In this document: in pieces, positions 62,834 through 64,000 of the stretch
Numbering within the stretch: the first letter of the stretch is position 1
How the letters are laid out: each line of letters begins with the position of its first letter
Virus record (IMG/VR): IMGVR_UViG_3300045988_106231
Location: 70,775-134,774 of that record
Source of the DNA: a virus
Reading direction: 5' to 3' (one strand)
Length of the DNA: 64,000 bases
The notes under the pieces: model-generated
Databases searched by the model: none
What the model was told of the DNA's origin: nothing
Seen by the model: the letters and a program-made list of their open reading frames with translations, nothing else
Position numbers and translations under genes: made by a program

Positions 62834-64000
62834 ATGATAAGACGTAAAGATAATAATGGCAAAGTTTTAAAAGACGGCGAGAGCCAGAGAAAGGATGGGA
62901 GATACCAATATAGATGGACAAACAAACTTGGAAAACGCTCAATAATATACGCCACTTCACTTAAAGAATTGAGAGAAAAAGAAGCTGAAATCCAAGAAAA
63001 ACTTAATTTTGGTGTAACGTCTATTTCAAAAATCACAGTGTACCAATTAGCAAAAAGACATCTCGAAGAAACAAAACTCACTATTAGGCCAAGCAGCTAT
63101 AAAACAAAATCGCAGAATTTGAAAATCTTTCAGAATCACCTAATTGGGGAAATGAATGCAACTGATATTTTAGTGCGCGATGTAAAACAATTTGCACGAG
63201 AATTGGATAACGAAGGATATTGTTATACAACAATCAGAGATGTCATGTCTTTAGCTAGACCGGCATTTCAAGAAATGTTTGATGAGAATATAATTCCTAG
63301 AAATCCATTCGTTTTTAAATTAAATACAGTTGTCAAATGTGACTCAAAAGAAAAAGAAATATTAACAGAAGAGCAGTATCAAAATCTGATCAAGTTCATG
63401 AAATCTAGTCGAGTATATAAAAGGCATGTTGGCATGGTGATGCTTTTGCACGAGACAGGACTTCGAGCAGGAGAATTATGCGGGCTAACAAAAAAGTCAT
63501 TTGATTTTGATAACAACACTGTTACTATATCTCATCAGATGGTGTACGATGGAAAGAGCGGCGGGCTGTATTTAGCACCTACAAAAACAGAAAGTGGGAT
63601 AAGGACTATCCCATTGTCTAAAGACGCCATCATTGCTTTTGAAGAAGCGATAAAACAACGACCGATTGTAAAAGCAGAGAGAATAATAGATGGGCAAGCC
63701 GACTTCTTGTTTATAGCAAAAACTGGAAGGCCCTATACGAATAAAAACCTTGTTAGAATTTTTGAAGGACTAATCAAAGCCTATAATAGTTGCCATGATG
63801 AACCATTGCCTGAAGTCACTGCCCATAGTATGCGCCACGAATATTGTACACGGCTTGTCAAAGCCAAGATGGATGTTAAATCGGTTCAATACCTCATGGG
63901 ACATTCGTCGCCCGATATAACCTTAAAAGTGTATACTCATATCTTAAAAGAAGAGACCGAAGCAGAGGCAATCAAACAGTTTAATAGGATTGTTTCCTAA
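62834..64000 (+). CDS. int: tyrosine integrase, Tn916 Int family
   Basis: N-terminus RRKDNNGKVLKDGESQRKDGRYQYRW parallels Int-Tn916 (RRDNRGRILKTGESQRKDGRYLYKY); catalytic AHSMRHEYCTRL and LMGHSSPDITLKVYTHI (H-R-Y); AAGGAG RBS. Confidence 0.85.
   Translation: MIRRKDNNGKVLKDGESQRKDGRYQYRWTNKLGKRSIIYATSLKELREKEAEIQEKLNFGVTSISKITVYQLAKRHLEETKLTIRPSSYKTKSQNLKIFQNHLIGEMNATDILVRDVKQFARELDNEGYCYTTIRDVMSLARPAFQEMFDENIIPRNPFVFKLNTVVKCDSKEKEILTEEQYQNLIKFMKSSRVYKRHVGMVMLLHETGLRAGELCGLTKKSFDFDNNTVTISHQMVYDGKSGGLYLAPTKTESGIRTIPLSKDAIIAFEEAIKQRPIVKAERIIDGQADFLFIAKTGRPYTNKNLVRIFEGLIKAYNSCHDEPLPEVTAHSMRHEYCTRLVKAKMDVKSVQYLMGHSSPDITLKVYTHILKEETEAEAIKQFNRIVS

Noticed and set aside
12783-64000. Hypothesis that the window contains two separate mobile elements (one per tyrosine recombinase)
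   Set aside because: Gene orientation, RBS style, codon and AT composition and the shared 21-bp motif are continuous across the window, and folD overlaps xis. A single element with an auxiliary recombinase is more parsimonious.

Overview
This 64 kb window reads as one contiguous segment of a large dsDNA phage or prophage from a low-GC Firmicutes-type host. Almost every credible gene is on the + strand, genes are tightly packed with AGGAG-like ribosome-binding sites, and most minus-strand ORFs in the six-frame track are shadow ORFs. No capsid, terminase or tail genes are visible, so the structural module must lie outside this window and the element is probably well over 64 kb. Content runs as follows. 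(1) Bases 1-19,500 hold about 60 small early-type ORFs, including tandem paralog families, very acidic proteins, small zinc-ribbon proteins, a Bro-N antirepressor-like gene, a small tyrosine recombinase, a DnaD-like replication protein, a DUF262 (DGQHR) protein and a SleB-like cell-wall hydrolase. (2) Bases 19,480-21,430 are a self-contained island carrying a MazF/PemK-family toxin, with its own consensus sigma70 promoters, direct repeats and a strong terminator. (3) A 690-aa gene of unknown function sits just upstream of a tRNA array at 24,072-25,188. The array contains Leu(CAA), Leu(TAA), Pro(TGG), Gln(TTG), Leu(TAG) and Gly(TCC), plus a degenerate tRNA-like element and an atypical long-variable-arm tRNA with a CAU anticodon. 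(4) Next comes a methyltransferase pair: a C5-cytosine-methyltransferase-like protein with a degenerate SAM-binding motif I and no canonical start codon, followed by a phage Dam-type N6-adenine methyltransferase. (5) A replication module follows: SSB-like protein, Sak4-like ATPase, DnaB-like helicase, DnaG-like primase, RecJ-like DHH exonuclease, HAD protein, metallophosphoesterase, a DnaE-type Pol III alpha, a RecD-like helicase and an ATP-dependent ligase. (6) A nucleotide-metabolism set comprises ThyX, NrdD, NrdG, dUTPase and FolD, with NrdD flanked by two SPFH/flotillin-family membrane proteins. (7) The 3' end carries a Tn916-type excisionase and integrase, co-oriented with and overlapping the end of folD. 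A conserved 21-bp motif (TAGCTATAT[T/A]A[T/C]ACAGGATAC) recurs at least six times in intergenic regions in both orientations. Several copies coincide with perfect TTGACA-N17-TATAAT promoters. All calls come from manual reading of the sequence and the ORF translations. No database search was run.
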